Notes: generated by a model from the letters alone, not told the origin. DNA of 64,000 bases from Candidatus Hydrogenedentota bacterium (GCA_963674865.2 CAXXYE010000011.1:1-64000); one strand, 5' to 3'. Shown: positions 47,868 to 58,361, counted from the first letter of the stretch. Made by a program: numbers and translations.

Positions 47868-49133
47868 GTGAATAACGATCTACGCTCCTACGTACGAGAG
47901 TTGCCGGTCTTCGACGTGCACGAGCACCACATGCCGGAGGTATTGGGCGATCGAGAGGTTGGCCTGTTGGACCTTCTGTGGCAGAGCTACGGGGGCTGGA
48001 CCCAGGCTCGGCCCTATCCGTTGTCGTCGGAGGCCGGATTCGAGGACCCAATGTTTGCAGGGCTCGGCCCTGAAAGCTGGGAGGAGGTGTCCAAGTTCGT
48101 TGAAGGTAGTGGGTCGAATGCGTTCGTGCGGAACATGATCCGGGCGTTGACCGAGCTGTATGAGCTGGACGAGGGCGGGATCACGCCGGGGAACTGGGAA
48201 CGTCTGGACGCGGAGATTCGCCGGCGTCACGGGGACGATGGCTGGCGGGCTGAAGTGCTGGACCGGGCCGGAATCGAGCGGATCATCACCGATCCGTTCA
48301 AAGAACCCTTGCTCGACGCCCGCCAGGCACTGGGCGAGCGGTATTCTTCGGTCTTGCGGATCAACGCCCTGGCTTTTGGCTGGCATCCCGAGTCGCTGGA
48401 CCACAACGGCAATAGCGCCCATCGATTCGCCAAACGGATCGGGTGCCGAGTTGAAACCTTTGACGATTACCTGGCGATGTTGGAAGTCGTGCTGGTTACG
48501 ATGGCCGATCGGCATCAAGTCGGGCTCAAGAATGCGCTGGCCTACGATCGGTCGGTCGATTTCGACGACGTGGACGAGCGCCTGGCGCGGCGGGCCTGGG
48601 GACGGCGAGACCCCGCGGCCGACGAGCGGAAGGCCTTCGGAGACGTGGTCGTGGATCGTCTCTGCCGCCTGGCCGGCGAACGGGACGTGCCGTTTCAGAT
48701 GCACCTCGGCTCGGGGCAGATCCGCGGTTCGCATCCAATCAACGCGGCGGGGCTGATCGAGCGCCATCCGAAAACCCGGTTCTTGCTGATGCATCTGGCT
48801 TTTCCCTGGAGTCGGGATCTGCTGGGGATGGCGTTCGTCTACCGCAATATCTGGATCGATCTGACCTGGTCGGCGCTTCTGAGTCCAACGTATTTCAGAC
48901 AATCGTTGCACGAAGCGATCGAAGTATTGCCGGACGAATCGCGGATGATGATCGGCGGCGACAACTGGCACGTGGAGGAGACTTACGGCGCTATCGGCAC
49001 GTTCCGCCGACTGATCGGCGAGGTGCTCGAGGAGAAGGTCGACGACGGCTACTTCAAAGCGGACGACGCCCGGCGTTTGGCGCGGAAGATCTTGGGCGAG
49101 AACGCGGCTCGGTTTTTCGCTTGGCCGGAGTAA
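47868..49133 (+). CDS. Amidohydrolase-superfamily protein
   Basis: FDVHEHH, QMHLG, LLMHLAFP, IDLTW, IGGDNW; paralogous motifs to 8931-10355. Confidence 0.85.
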   Translation: MNNDLRSYVRELPVFDVHEHHMPEVLGDREVGLLDLLWQSYGGWTQARPYPLSSEAGFEDPMFAGLGPESWEEVSKFVEGSGSNAFVRNMIRALTELYELDEGGITPGNWERLDAEIRRRHGDDGWRAEVLDRAGIERIITDPFKEPLLDARQALGERYSSVLRINALAFGWHPESLDHNGNSAHRFAKRIGCRVETFDDYLAMLEVVLVTMADRHQVGLKNALAYDRSVDFDDVDERLARRAWGRRDPAADERKAFGDVVVDRLCRLAGERDVPFQMHLGSGQIRGSHPINAAGLIERHPKTRFLLMHLAFPWSRDLLGMAFVYRNIWIDLTWSALLSPTYFRQSLHEAIEVLPDESRMMIGGDNWHVEETYGAIGTFRRLIGEVLEEKVDDGYFKADDARRLARKILGENAARFFAWPE

Positions 49134-49327
49134 GAGACAAGAGAAGGCGGTTGGGGCATAGCGAAGTGTTACGCGGCCGCAAGTCTGTCCGCCTTCAGCG
49201 ACAGTGCATAAGGCAATACTCTTGAACAGAATCGTATAAGACAGGTCTTTTGTTGCGTCCAGCCAGCCACCGCTCGGTTGCTGTCGATCACACTTCAATA
49301 TGAAAAGCAAGGCTGGAGGAATTTCCA

Positions 49328-50365
49328 GTGAAGAATGCCGTCAAATACGCGGTTGCGGGAATGGCTCCGATACTGGCCAACCTGGCGGCGTGGCCGAGCG
49401 CGGCGGCGGAGCAGAAGGCTTTCGAGGTTCCCACGATGTGGGAATATAGTGCTCCGCTGATCGCGCCCGAGAAACGCGAGCGCCATCCGAGCCATGCCCA
49501 AAAGGACCCCACGGTGGTCTTTCACGGCGGGAAGTGGCACGTCTTCATGACCGTGAAGTTGCCGAAGAAATCGGCCATCGAGTATTGCTCGTTCGAAAAA
49601 TGGGAAGACGCCGACCGGTCCCAGCGCACGATCCTCAAGATCAGCGATAGCGACTACTACTGCGCCCCGCAAGTCTTCTACTTCACGCCGCAGAAGAAAT
49701 GGTATCTGGTCTACCAGATGGGGGTCGAAGGGGCGCGATTCATGTGGGTGGCCTATTCCACCACAACCACGATCGACGACCCGGATTCTTGGACGCAAGC
49801 CAGACCAATCCTTGATGGTGGCGAGAACGATCCTCGCGAGGTGGGAGGTCTCGATTACTGGATCATTTGCGACGCCGAGCGGGCGTACCTCTTCCTCACC
49901 AGTCTGAACGGCAAGATGTGGCGGCTCTGGACGAGCCTGGAAGAGTTCCCCAAGGGTTTCGACCACTGCGAGCTTGCCCTGGAGGCCAAGATCTTCGAGG
50001 CCAGCCATACCTACAAGCTGAAGGGCAGTGACGAGTATCTCACGATCATCGAAGAGAACGGGCGGCGCTACTACAAGGCATACGTGGCCGACCGGCTGGA
50101 CGGCGAGTGGACACCATTGGCAGACACGGCCCAAAAACCGTTTGCCGGATGGAAGAACATCCGCCCCGCCGCCGGCGTGTCCCCCTGGACCGACAACATC
50201 AGCCACGGTGAACTAATCCGCGACGGATTCGACCAGAAGTTGACGGTCGATCCGGGCAGCTTGAAGCTACTGTTTCAGGGGATGCTGGACAAGGACAAGG
50301 GCGGCAAGGGTTACGGACAGTTTCAGTGGCGGCTGGGGATGCTGCGGCCGGTCGAGGGCGAGTAG
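49328..50365 (+). CDS. GH62-like alpha-L-arabinofuranosidase
   Basis: KDPTVV..GKWHVF, APQVFYFTPQKKWYLVYQ, LDYWIICD, FEASHTYKLKG, WTDNISHGELIR. Confidence 0.82.
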   Translation: MKNAVKYAVAGMAPILANLAAWPSAAAEQKAFEVPTMWEYSAPLIAPEKRERHPSHAQKDPTVVFHGGKWHVFMTVKLPKKSAIEYCSFEKWEDADRSQRTILKISDSDYYCAPQVFYFTPQKKWYLVYQMGVEGARFMWVAYSTTTTIDDPDSWTQARPILDGGENDPREVGGLDYWIICDAERAYLFLTSLNGKMWRLWTSLEEFPKGFDHCELALEAKIFEASHTYKLKGSDEYLTIIEENGRRYYKAYVADRLDGEWTPLADTAQKPFAGWKNIRPAAGVSPWTDNISHGELIRDGFDQKLTVDPGSLKLLFQGMLDKDKGGKGYGQFQWRLGMLRPVEGE

Positions 50366-50373
50366 GCCGTGCA

Positions 50374-53214
50374 TCACTCCAGTTGAGCGGGTAGGATTTC
50401 GATCCCGCTCAAAATCTGCTCGCCTCGACGTGGTTGTAGTCCGATTTTCAGGGAACCGTCGATCTCGATCTTCTCGAATTCTCGAACGACGGTTCGCATC
50501 CGCCCGCCGCCGGTTTGGGCGACGTCGAAACTCCCGGCTACGGTGCGTTCGTTTAGAGCAATGTCGAATTGCCGGAGCCCCGGTTTGCCGTGATCGGGCT
50601 CGGCGAAATAGAGACGTATTGTGAAGGTTGCCGGTTTGAGCCCGGAGATGGTGATTTCCGAGGCTCCCCGGACTCCCGACGCGGCCACCCAGGGCCAACC
50701 GGTCCCGCCCTCGATCCAGAGCGAATGATGGTAGTAGAACTGGGCCTCGGGAGGATGGACTCTGACGTTGAGTTTGGGCGATGGTCCTCCGCGGCTGGGG
50801 TAATCCAGCCAGAGAGTTCCGGTTTCGGTCATACGGTCGCCGGGTGCTCCCAGGTTCACGCCGATTTGCCGGATGTTGGCGGCTTCACCCGCTCCCCACG
50901 CGGCCCATTGTTCGTGCTCGGGAGGCATGTTAACCAGAGCGAGCCCCACGGGCAGCGGATAGCTGCAGGTGCAACCCTCGAAAAAGTAGGGAACGTTAAG
51001 CAAACCGCAGGCGGGTATGACACTGTTAGTACAGCCCGACCTGGTGCCGCTGATGTAGCAGGTGCCGCTTTCGATGCGTTTGTCGTAAAAGGCGGCAGTT
51101 CCCGATCGCATGGCGTAGACGTGCCCGTAGTCGACACCTCCATCGCAGCCGTAGCTCTTGGGGAAGGAGCGCGGTTGCTTCTCTCCGGTGAGCGGGTTGA
51201 CGCGATCGCCGGCGGCGGGCTTTGCCGGCTTCCAGTCGTCCGTTTGATAGGGAGGCCGATATTGGTTGGGCTGGGGAGCCTCTCGATCGCGGCTGGGCAA
51301 ACTTGCGGCGGCCGCACGCGCTTCTTCCGGAGCCAGAACCCGGCCGGTGTATACGTCACTGAGGACGGGCGGCAGGAGCGCGTAGGGAGTCTTCTTCCCT
51401 TCCCGATGCCGGGCCATCCAATCCTTGGAATACGAAATCATTAGGCCGTCGACGAACATCGGCTGCGGAGACCGCTTGAAATTCCCCACCGCGTCGTCAA
51501 ACCACAACACTCCGAGCGGCGCCTTGACGCGTTCGTCCGGACTGGACCATCCACCGGTGTAGTTCACGCTGCCGGGCAATGCCCCGTGGCGACGAACGAT
51601 CGTGAGCGGGCCGGCTCGCTCAACTTTCATGCCCTGGGCCGGTTTGAGCAACTCCACGAGGCGGGCATGGTCGGCGTCCGAGAGTCTCAGGCAGGCCGTG
51701 CCGCCGTAGGGGCGGAGCATGTCGAGATCGGCGGCTTCGATCCGGGCACCTTCTCGGTCCGCCAGCCACTTAAGGTGGCTGACCACGGCCAGACCGGCCA
51801 TGTACGGCGGAAACTCGATTTCCCCCGGTTCGGCCACCTGAAACGCAATTCGATCGCCGTAGAGGCCGGCCGCGTCAAATCGGCGCCGAAGGGTGTCGAT
51901 CCTTGCGGCGTCCGAATCGACCGCGATTACGTGGAACTCGGTCTGCGCGACGAGCGTATCGAGCAGAACCGAACCGGGAATCCCCAACACCAGCGCGTAG
52001 CCGTGACGATCGTCGAGCGTGCCGATTACTTGCCGGCTCAGAGTCAAGTCGCCCTCGGGCTGGGCACCCATCTCCTTGCGCTTGAGCGGATGCCGCGCCG
52101 GGGACACCGGCGGTTGTGGCCCGAAGCAGTGAAGCATTCCATCCAGGGAGACGACGAATAGCTTGTCGTCGGCCGCGAGCAGGGAGTGGACCTTGCCTTC
52201 GACGCCGGGGTAGCCGTCGCTGAGGCGATGGACGCGCGAGCCGACCCGGATGCTGTTGCGTACCTCCGCTTTTCCGGGGCCCTGGTAGATCTTGTCTTCA
52301 TGAAGGTCGCGGTTGATCTCGGCGTCGAGCACGACCTCACCGCGGCGAACGTCGGCCGAGGCGAACCAACCGCCCGGCTGGCGACCCGGCGTGGGAAGCT
52401 CGAAGGACAAGAGCTTGCCGGTTTCTAGATCAAAACTGGCGGGCACGGCCTGTCCGCAAGGGACGATGAGTTGATTTCCGGCGACGACCAGATATCCTTG
52501 CGGGGTAATTCCCCCCAGCGATTCGGCATTGTGCGGCTGTTTCCCAAACAGATAACCGCACTCATCGTTCAGCCAGACGACTTTGCCCGTCCGGGCGTCG
52601 AGCGAGTAGACAAACACGCCTTCAAACGGCCAGACACCGGCGGCGAAGTAGAGCCTGCCTTCGTGCAAGACGGGGCCGCCTCGAACGGGCCAGAGCGAAA
52701 TTAGACGTCCGTTTCCCAAGACTTGCCGGCTGGACGGCACGGCCCTGAACTTCCAGACCAAGCGACCGTCGGACGCGGCGAGGCAGTAGACATGCCCGTC
52801 GTCGCAACCGAAAAAGACCCGATCTCTCCAGGCAACGGGCGCCAGGCGTATCGGACCGCCGGCGTGGAATCGCCACTTTTCTTGGCCGGTTTGTGTGTCG
52901 AAGGCCGTGAGGCTGTCGTTGCAGGAAGAAGCGACGAAGATCGTGCCGCCGAGCACGACCGGTTCGTAACCGGCATCGAACTGCATTCGCTTGGTTCGAT
53001 ATGTGGGCTTGTGTTGTGGAAACTGCCGCGTCCAGAGAAGATGCAGTTCTTCCGGCAACTCTTGCGGAGTATGAGCGCTGCGAGCTGCGTCATATCGCCA
53101 CATCGGCCAATCGTTGGCGGAGGCGGTTGCGGTGAAGGTCAAGAGAGGCAAGCAAACCACGAGCAAAACGGCTTGCGGTGCAGTTGGGCGAAGGAGGCTT
53201 GCGATTCGGTCCAT
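50374..53214 (-). CDS. PQQ-type beta-propeller protein with methyltransferase-like middle and malectin-like C-terminal domain
   Basis: DWPMWRYDAARS, WPVRGGP, PQGY, LRPYGG, RSGC...IPACGLL, TIRLYFAEP...RQFDI. Confidence 0.8.
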   Translation of the reverse strand: MDRIASLLRPTAPQAVLLVVCLPLLTFTATASANDWPMWRYDAARSAHTPQELPEELHLLWTRQFPQHKPTYRTKRMQFDAGYEPVVLGGTIFVASSCNDSLTAFDTQTGQEKWRFHAGGPIRLAPVAWRDRVFFGCDDGHVYCLAASDGRLVWKFRAVPSSRQVLGNGRLISLWPVRGGPVLHEGRLYFAAGVWPFEGVFVYSLDARTGKVVWLNDECGYLFGKQPHNAESLGGITPQGYLVVAGNQLIVPCGQAVPASFDLETGKLLSFELPTPGRQPGGWFASADVRRGEVVLDAEINRDLHEDKIYQGPGKAEVRNSIRVGSRVHRLSDGYPGVEGKVHSLLAADDKLFVVSLDGMLHCFGPQPPVSPARHPLKRKEMGAQPEGDLTLSRQVIGTLDDRHGYALVLGIPGSVLLDTLVAQTEFHVIAVDSDAARIDTLRRRFDAAGLYGDRIAFQVAEPGEIEFPPYMAGLAVVSHLKWLADREGARIEAADLDMLRPYGGTACLRLSDADHARLVELLKPAQGMKVERAGPLTIVRRHGALPGSVNYTGGWSSPDERVKAPLGVLWFDDAVGNFKRSPQPMFVDGLMISYSKDWMARHREGKKTPYALLPPVLSDVYTGRVLAPEEARAAAASLPSRDREAPQPNQYRPPYQTDDWKPAKPAAGDRVNPLTGEKQPRSFPKSYGCDGGVDYGHVYAMRSGTAAFYDKRIESGTCYISGTRSGCTNSVIPACGLLNVPYFFEGCTCSYPLPVGLALVNMPPEHEQWAAWGAGEAANIRQIGVNLGAPGDRMTETGTLWLDYPSRGGPSPKLNVRVHPPEAQFYYHHSLWIEGGTGWPWVAASGVRGASEITISGLKPATFTIRLYFAEPDHGKPGLRQFDIALNERTVAGSFDVAQTGGGRMRTVVREFEKIEIDGSLKIGLQPRRGEQILSGIEILPAQLE

Positions 53215-53328
53215 GGCTTACTCCTAAAGCAGCGGAAGAGCTTCTGTTTCGAGGGGGATTTCCCGCCACGGGCAATTCGTGTTTGCACAAACGACCAAGT
53301 TGACGCTCCGGCCGCGCCCCGACGGTCG

Positions 53329-54477
53329 TCAATCTATTGGGACGCGTCTGCATGTCATCTCCTCGCTTGCACCACCCTCGTCTGCGGGGATGTACGGAAT
53401 CAGCCCTTTCTGGAAAGCCGCTTCCTGCAACTCTCTCGGACAGGTGCGAATGTCCATCATGAAGCCGTTGACTTCCAGCATCCAGACTCTGGGATTGTCA
53501 TCCATCTTACTTGGCAAACACCAGTCAGGGTCGAACCGCCCGATTCTGAGCATCTTGCGGATTTCTTTCGATTTGCCTTGCCCCGTGCTCTGGCCAACAC
53601 CAAACGTCCTGTCGATGGCCGTCAGCTTAATATGCGGCGACTGGGAATGGTCGTCTAGGAAATTCGCCCAACCGATCGTACGAACGATGCCGCAAGCCCA
53701 AGTTGCCGGCTTGCCGCGCAACAAGGGCGACGGCCGTTTTCGGGCAAGTTTGTCGGCCAATTTGCGGCAGAGAGTCAGGTATTCTTCGTTGAGATGGTCT
53801 CGGCAGAACTGATCGGTCATTCCGACGATGACCTCTCGCCTTGACTTGACGTCTTCCGATGCAGGGCTTGCCCCTTTGCGTTTTGTGGCCTTGGGCGTTC
53901 TTTGGGGGGCCATGGGCGTTGACCCGATGGGAAGTGACGTGACGATACCAAGCCGGTCCTTCGCTTCACGGTAGGTATCGTTCAGGCTGCGTTTGATTCC
54001 ACCGCCGAAGGAGACGTTGTAGTTGCCGAGTAGACCGTCGTAGATGATGCAGTCCCGGAAGGGCAGCAGCATGGCGTTCACCATGGTCGGCAGACGAGGG
54101 CCGATCACATCCTCGAATGGCTCCGTCAGCGCCAAGACCCCATAGGCCGTTGCCGGGGCATCCGAGGAAAGAAAGACCGTGTATTTCTTCAATTGACGAA
54201 AGATGATGAAGCGGCCGGTCACGTGATGGCGCCACGACAGGACAATCTCAAGTTTGTCTTCAGGTAATCCGGCCGGATTCTCATCCACAAACGACTCAAT
54301 CAAGTCGACTTCTTCGAGGAGTGCATTTCTGAACTCCAATCCGATTTGCGGCTGCAACCCCGAGAAGTCTTCGGGGCCGGCAATCTCGGGAACAATCCCC
54401 AGACGTTGGTTGACGAAGAACATCAACGAACGATGCAACTGGAAGAAAAGGCCGGCATCTTCTGGTGAAAGGAGCAT
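53329..54477 (-). CDS. Hypothetical protein with C-terminal DUF6398-like domain
   Basis: C-terminal TDQFCRDHLNEEY..LCRKLADKLARKRPSPL..G...WACGI, WMLEVNGFMMDIR, AFQKGLIPYIP; N-terminal LLPFRDCIIYDG domain. Confidence 0.7.
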   Translation of the reverse strand: MLLSPEDAGLFFQLHRSLMFFVNQRLGIVPEIAGPEDFSGLQPQIGLEFRNALLEEVDLIESFVDENPAGLPEDKLEIVLSWRHHVTGRFIIFRQLKKYTVFLSSDAPATAYGVLALTEPFEDVIGPRLPTMVNAMLLPFRDCIIYDGLLGNYNVSFGGGIKRSLNDTYREAKDRLGIVTSLPIGSTPMAPQRTPKATKRKGASPASEDVKSRREVIVGMTDQFCRDHLNEEYLTLCRKLADKLARKRPSPLLRGKPATWACGIVRTIGWANFLDDHSQSPHIKLTAIDRTFGVGQSTGQGKSKEIRKMLRIGRFDPDWCLPSKMDDNPRVWMLEVNGFMMDIRTCPRELQEAAFQKGLIPYIPADEGGASEEMTCRRVPID

Positions 54478-54499
54478 CCTCACAAACCTCTCTTGTGTC

Positions 54500-57178
54500 T
54501 TACGGCTTGCATCCGAGCGAAAAGTTGTCCAAGTAGAACACCGTCGTGTCGGCGGCCAGGCTGGTGAAACCGAGCCAAGTGAGCTTGTCGAATTTGGGAT
54601 TGGCATAGGGCAGATCGTCGAAGACCCGTTCGGTCCCGTCGGGCAAGGTGACGCGGAGCGTCCAGGGATGCGTCTCTTCACCCCCCAGGGTGGCGACGAT
54701 TTCGAAGCGTACCCATTGGGCAACGGGCAGGTCGAGCCGGGCTTTGCCGCCCAAGAGAAGCTTGCCGTCTCGGACGGTGAACTCGGGACCGGTCAGATAG
54801 GGCGATACGCTCCAATCGCGCCATTCGAGTTCCAGCATCGCCCCGGCGTCGACGCGCAAGTCAAAGGAGTTTCGCACGCGACCTTTGAGGTAGTTCATGT
54901 CGCGGTATGCGAAATGCGGGTTGTAGACCTGTTTCAGGCCGGGCGCGTCGGTGATCTTGAGGCTCTTCTTCCCGCCGGAGGCCGTCTGGTCGGTGATTAC
55001 GATCAAGTCGTCCTTGTTTTCTACTTGGCTATAGATCCCCGCCGGCGGTTTGCCGACCGTGCCGGCTTCGAAGTCGTCTTGAATCGATAGCGGCGGCGGG
55101 TCGGGGGCTTCTTCCAGAGGTGGATAGGTGACGGAGCTGGCCTTCTTGATCCACGCGGCGTCGCCGTAGACGCCGGCTTCGGTATAGTCGAACGGTTTGA
55201 ACTCCAGTTTTAACGCGGGCGACTCGGGCTTGAGACGAAAGACGCCCTCTTGCGGATCGGTCAAGAGCGGATCGGCAATGATCGAGCCTTGCTCGTGACC
55301 GGCGGCTTGCCAGTCGGCCAGCGAGTGCCCCAAGAAGGTCACGTCCTCGCCGCCCGCATGCCAGAAGCAGTTCTTTCCGCTTTGGTGTTTCACTTGGTCC
55401 CAGCGTCCAGAGAGCAGGACGCCGCTGTCGAAGTAGACGATGTTGTTCTCGAAGGTAAACGAGAGGTGGTCTTCGACTCGCGTGGCCTGGACCTGGTAGA
55501 GCTTGCTGAAGGCGAGGATATTGTTGCGGACGACGTTTTCCTTGCCGTAATGCTGGTGGAAGCCGCCGGTCTTGACGTTGTAGACGAGATTGTTCTCGAA
55601 GAGGATACCGGTGCTGCCTTCGTCGGTATAGAGGCCCCAGCCGCCGTACGTGTAGGCGTAGACGTCGTGAAAGACGTTGTTGCGGACGACGGTGCCTTGC
55701 GACGGACCGAGCGTGTAGATGCCGCCCATGTCGCTGAGCACGCCCCAGCCGAGATGGTGGGCGCGATTGAAGGCAATCGTGTTTCGCTTGGAGAGGCTCT
55801 CGGCATATCCCCAGCGCCAGCCGACGGAAATGCCGGTGTAGTAGAGGTCGGCGATCTCATTATGGGTGACGGTGTTGTCGCCGCTATGTCCGATCCAGAT
55901 GCCGACGGCACAGGGGAAGATGCGGCCGCCGTGGCGAATGATGTTGTTGTCGACGGTAATGTGACTGGTCCGCTCGGCCTCGACCGACGCGATTCCACTT
56001 TCGCCGATCCGCACTCCGCCGCCGCCGAAATCATGGAGATATGAACGGCGAAGCGTGCAGTTGCGGCAACCCTTGCGGAACCAGACCACGTAGGTGCCGA
56101 CGTGTCCGACTTCGCAGTCCTCGATCGAGACGTGTCGCGCCCCGTCGGCCATCACCACGGCGTCGATCGGCGAGGCCGCCTGGGCGGCTTCGAATCCGCC
56201 GGGGGGAGTAAGCCACTGGGCATGCTGAAACGAGAGCCCCTGAAAGGTGACGTGCTCGACGAATTTTCCGCCCGCCGCATCACCCTCCAGGACGAGGAAT
56301 TTTTCGGCCACCGGAGCCACCACTTGGGCCTTGCTCATGTCCTCGTCGGGGAGAGGTTTGTAGTACAAGCGGCCGTCGCGGGCCAGGAACCATTCGCCTT
56401 CGGCGTCGAGGGCCCCGATGAAGTTCTCCAAATGGTAACGAGTGTTGCGACGCCAGGCGTTCCACGACTTCATCCCTGCTCCGGTGGTGATTAGGGCTTG
56501 CCGAGCCGGGTCGAGGCGTTCCACGAAACGGCGGGTGTTGTCCCATTTGTGATAGACGACGAAGTTCACGTCCTTGAGTTCGTCGGGGGCCAGGCCGGCT
56601 ATCGTGTCAAAAGCGTCCTCGCGCATGCGAACCGTTTGCCGGGCACGCTTGGGCCGCCGGGGTGAACCGGCCTCCAACACCTCCTGGCGGACGTCCTGGA
56701 TGTAGAAGTAGAACTTATTCGGCGTGCGAGCACGCGAGGCACGGCGGCCGTTGACGAAGAGTTGCTCAAAATACCATTGCCCGGCGGCCACTTCGGGGAT
56801 AAGCACGCTCCAGACGCCGTTCGGCCCGGGTTGCCAGCCGCTAATGGGACGTCCGCCAGAGAATATCGGTCGCTCACCGGGCAGTGCCCGATAGGTCACC
56901 GGGGCCGTAGGCGTGCCACTGTCTTCCGGCGAGAGCACCAACGGCTCGGTAATCGAATAGACGCCGCCGGAGACGTTGATTCGGACGGGTTCGGTCAGCG
57001 GACCGGCGGATTTGAGTTCCCGCACTGCATCCCGAGCACGGCTCAGCGAGGCGAAGGGCTGCTCTTTGGAGCCGGGATTGGCATCGTCTCCGGACGGAGC
57101 GAGGTAGAAATCGGCCGCCATGGCAGTCCCATTCACTCCTAGTAGTATCAACAATGACAGAATGTGGATGGTTTTCAT
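54500..57178 (-). CDS. Secreted right-handed beta-helix glycoside hydrolase (GH141-like)
   Basis: [67 protein letters not shown]. Confidence 0.8.
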   Translation of the reverse strand: MKTIHILSLLILLGVNGTAMAADFYLAPSGDDANPGSKEQPFASLSRARDAVRELKSAGPLTEPVRINVSGGVYSITEPLVLSPEDSGTPTAPVTYRALPGERPIFSGGRPISGWQPGPNGVWSVLIPEVAAGQWYFEQLFVNGRRASRARTPNKFYFYIQDVRQEVLEAGSPRRPKRARQTVRMREDAFDTIAGLAPDELKDVNFVVYHKWDNTRRFVERLDPARQALITTGAGMKSWNAWRRNTRYHLENFIGALDAEGEWFLARDGRLYYKPLPDEDMSKAQVVAPVAEKFLVLEGDAAGGKFVEHVTFQGLSFQHAQWLTPPGGFEAAQAASPIDAVVMADGARHVSIEDCEVGHVGTYVVWFRKGCRNCTLRRSYLHDFGGGGVRIGESGIASVEAERTSHITVDNNIIRHGGRIFPCAVGIWIGHSGDNTVTHNEIADLYYTGISVGWRWGYAESLSKRNTIAFNRAHHLGWGVLSDMGGIYTLGPSQGTVVRNNVFHDVYAYTYGGWGLYTDEGSTGILFENNLVYNVKTGGFHQHYGKENVVRNNILAFSKLYQVQATRVEDHLSFTFENNIVYFDSGVLLSGRWDQVKHQSGKNCFWHAGGEDVTFLGHSLADWQAAGHEQGSIIADPLLTDPQEGVFRLKPESPALKLEFKPFDYTEAGVYGDAAWIKKASSVTYPPLEEAPDPPPLSIQDDFEAGTVGKPPAGIYSQVENKDDLIVITDQTASGGKKSLKITDAPGLKQVYNPHFAYRDMNYLKGRVRNSFDLRVDAGAMLELEWRDWSVSPYLTGPEFTVRDGKLLLGGKARLDLPVAQWVRFEIVATLGGEETHPWTLRVTLPDGTERVFDDLPYANPKFDKLTWLGFTSLAADTTVFYLDNFSLGCKP

Positions 57179-57425
57179 GATGAGAATCCGATGGGGGGGA
57201 ATCTGACGGTTGAGGGCAAGAACAACGGCCGGTCGCCATACGGGGGGCGGACATCAGTATACCAGGCATGAATAGCGGGCGCCCAGAACGGCGGTAGCGG
57301 ACGGGAAACTGTGGGGCAAGTCCGTAACCAGCCGGTCTCGACGGGCTCGGAGGCCCATCGTACGGATCGATTATCAAGCCGAAACGCGTGTCAAAATACC
57401 TTCGGAAAAAATGCCTCGACGGACG

Positions 57426-57546
57426 GGAATAGTCTGCTTGTCTCGTGCGTCTAGCATATTGCCCGTCATGTCGGTCGGTTGCTGGAATAGACGTTTTCTC
57501 CAAATCCGGAGAGTTCCTCGAACCTTGCAGTGAGTTGCGTCGTCTA
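57426..57546 (+). promoter_or_regulatory. Two tandem ECF-sigma-type promoter candidates upstream of the tRNA array
   Basis: GGAATA-N16-CGTCTA (57426-57453) and CGAACC-N16-CGTCTA (57519-57546). Confidence 0.5.
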
Positions 57547-57632
57547 TCTTGTGGTGGACATGGGGCTGACGACCCCGGCCCAACAACCAGACAAGATTCT
57601 ACATACCGTACCACTTGCCGAAGAGAAGAACG

Positions 57633-57731
57633 ATGTTGTCCAGGCCAAGTATCACATGTGAATGCGGGAGCGTGGGGCCATTTGCCTATCAATCGGCGAA
57701 TCCGCTGCCCATGCATCCTTTGCGCTTGTGA
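57633..57731 (+). CDS. Putative 32-aa leader peptide MLSRPSITCECGSVGPFAYQSANPLPMHPLRL
   Basis: ATG after purine-rich AAGAGAAG. The stop TGA overlaps the antiterminator strand 30 nt upstream of a terminator. Confidence 0.5.
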   Translation: MLSRPSITCECGSVGPFAYQSANPLPMHPLRL

Positions 57732-57761
57732 CACTCGGCCGCAAACCTACGGGGAACAGAC

Positions 57762-57797
57762 AAAACCCGGTGTCATGAGCGACACCGGGTTTTTTTT
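57762..57797 (+). terminator. Intrinsic terminator immediately upstream of the first tRNA
   Basis: AAAACCCGGTGTC-ATGAGC-GACACCGGGTTTT followed by further Ts (T8 run 57790-57797). Confidence 0.85.
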
Positions 57798-57805
57798 ATT
57801 TCAAA

Positions 57806-57880
57806 GGTAGTCGAGGCTTCTGGTTGCCCGAATCCGGCCGATAACCTGGGTTGCGCTGAGTTCGATTCTCAGGGCTACCA
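57806..57880 (+). tRNA. trnI: tRNA-Ile(GAT)-like, divergent
   Basis: Acceptor GGTAGTC/GGCTACC-A; loop CC-GAT-AA (C33 atypical); T-arm CTGAG-TTCGATT-CTCAG. Confidence 0.6.
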
Positions 57881-57957
57881 CTAATCGTGGACCGAACCAA
57901 AAGGAGACGAGTCATGTCGACCTTGCGGCGATTGAAACGGATACACCAGGCCGATTC

Positions 57958-58036
57958 GGGGCCGTGGTGTAACGGTTGCACACGGGGACTTTTAATCCGG
58001 CGGGTGTGAATCCAGGTTCGAATCCCGCCGGCCCCA
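57958..58036 (+). tRNA. trnK: tRNA-Lys(TTT)-like, degenerate
   Basis: Acceptor GGGGCCG/CGGCCCC-A; CT-TTT-AA; TTCGAAT loop with a mismatched T-stem. Confidence 0.55.
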
Positions 58037-58071
58037 CTTCGCGATCTTGTGACAATCCAGTAGCCCTTCAA

Positions 58072-58145
58072 GCGTTCATGGCGTAATGGTAGCGCACTTG
58101 CTTGCCATGCAGGGGGCACGGGTTCAACTCCCGTAGACGAGCGCT
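58072..58145 (+). tRNA. trnG: tRNA-Gly(GCC)-like, degenerate acceptor stem
   Basis: CTTGC-TT-GCC-AT-GCAGG; ACGGG-TTCAACT-CCCGT; GCGTTC/GAGCGC-T with extra bases. Confidence 0.6.
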
Positions 58146-58166
58146 CTTGGTCGAGACACTACTAAT

Positions 58167-58241
58167 CAGGACGTAGGAAAGCCTGGCCATTCCGCCGGTT
58201 TTGGGCACCGGAAATCGCTGGTTCGAATCCAGCCGTCCTGA
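58167..58241 (+). tRNA. trnP: tRNA-Pro(TGG)
   Basis: CAGGACG/CGTCCTG-A; CCGGT-TT-TGG-GC-ACCGG; GCTGG-TTCGAAT-CCAGC. Confidence 0.88.
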
Positions 58242-58253
58242 CTTGATGATCAC

Positions 58254-58328
58254 TGCGGTGGGGCCCGTGTTGGTACGGGCAGGCGGCTGTTAACCGCATC
58301 GACGCAGGTTCGATTCCTGCCACCGCAG
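58254..58328 (+). tRNA. trnN: tRNA-Asn(GTT)
   Basis: TGCGGTG/CACCGCA-G; GCGG-CT-GTT-AA-CCGC; GCAGG-TTCGATT-CCTGC. Confidence 0.82.
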
Positions 58329-58361
58329 CCTTTTGTGCGAGAAAGGACAAGCTTGCGCGAT

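Noticed and set aside
57914..58009. 31-codon ORF MSTLRRLKRIHQADSGPW... after a strong AAGGAG RBS inside the array
   Set aside because: It runs through the tRNA-Lys-like gene and has no recognisable motif; it may be a gene remnant but cannot be supported.
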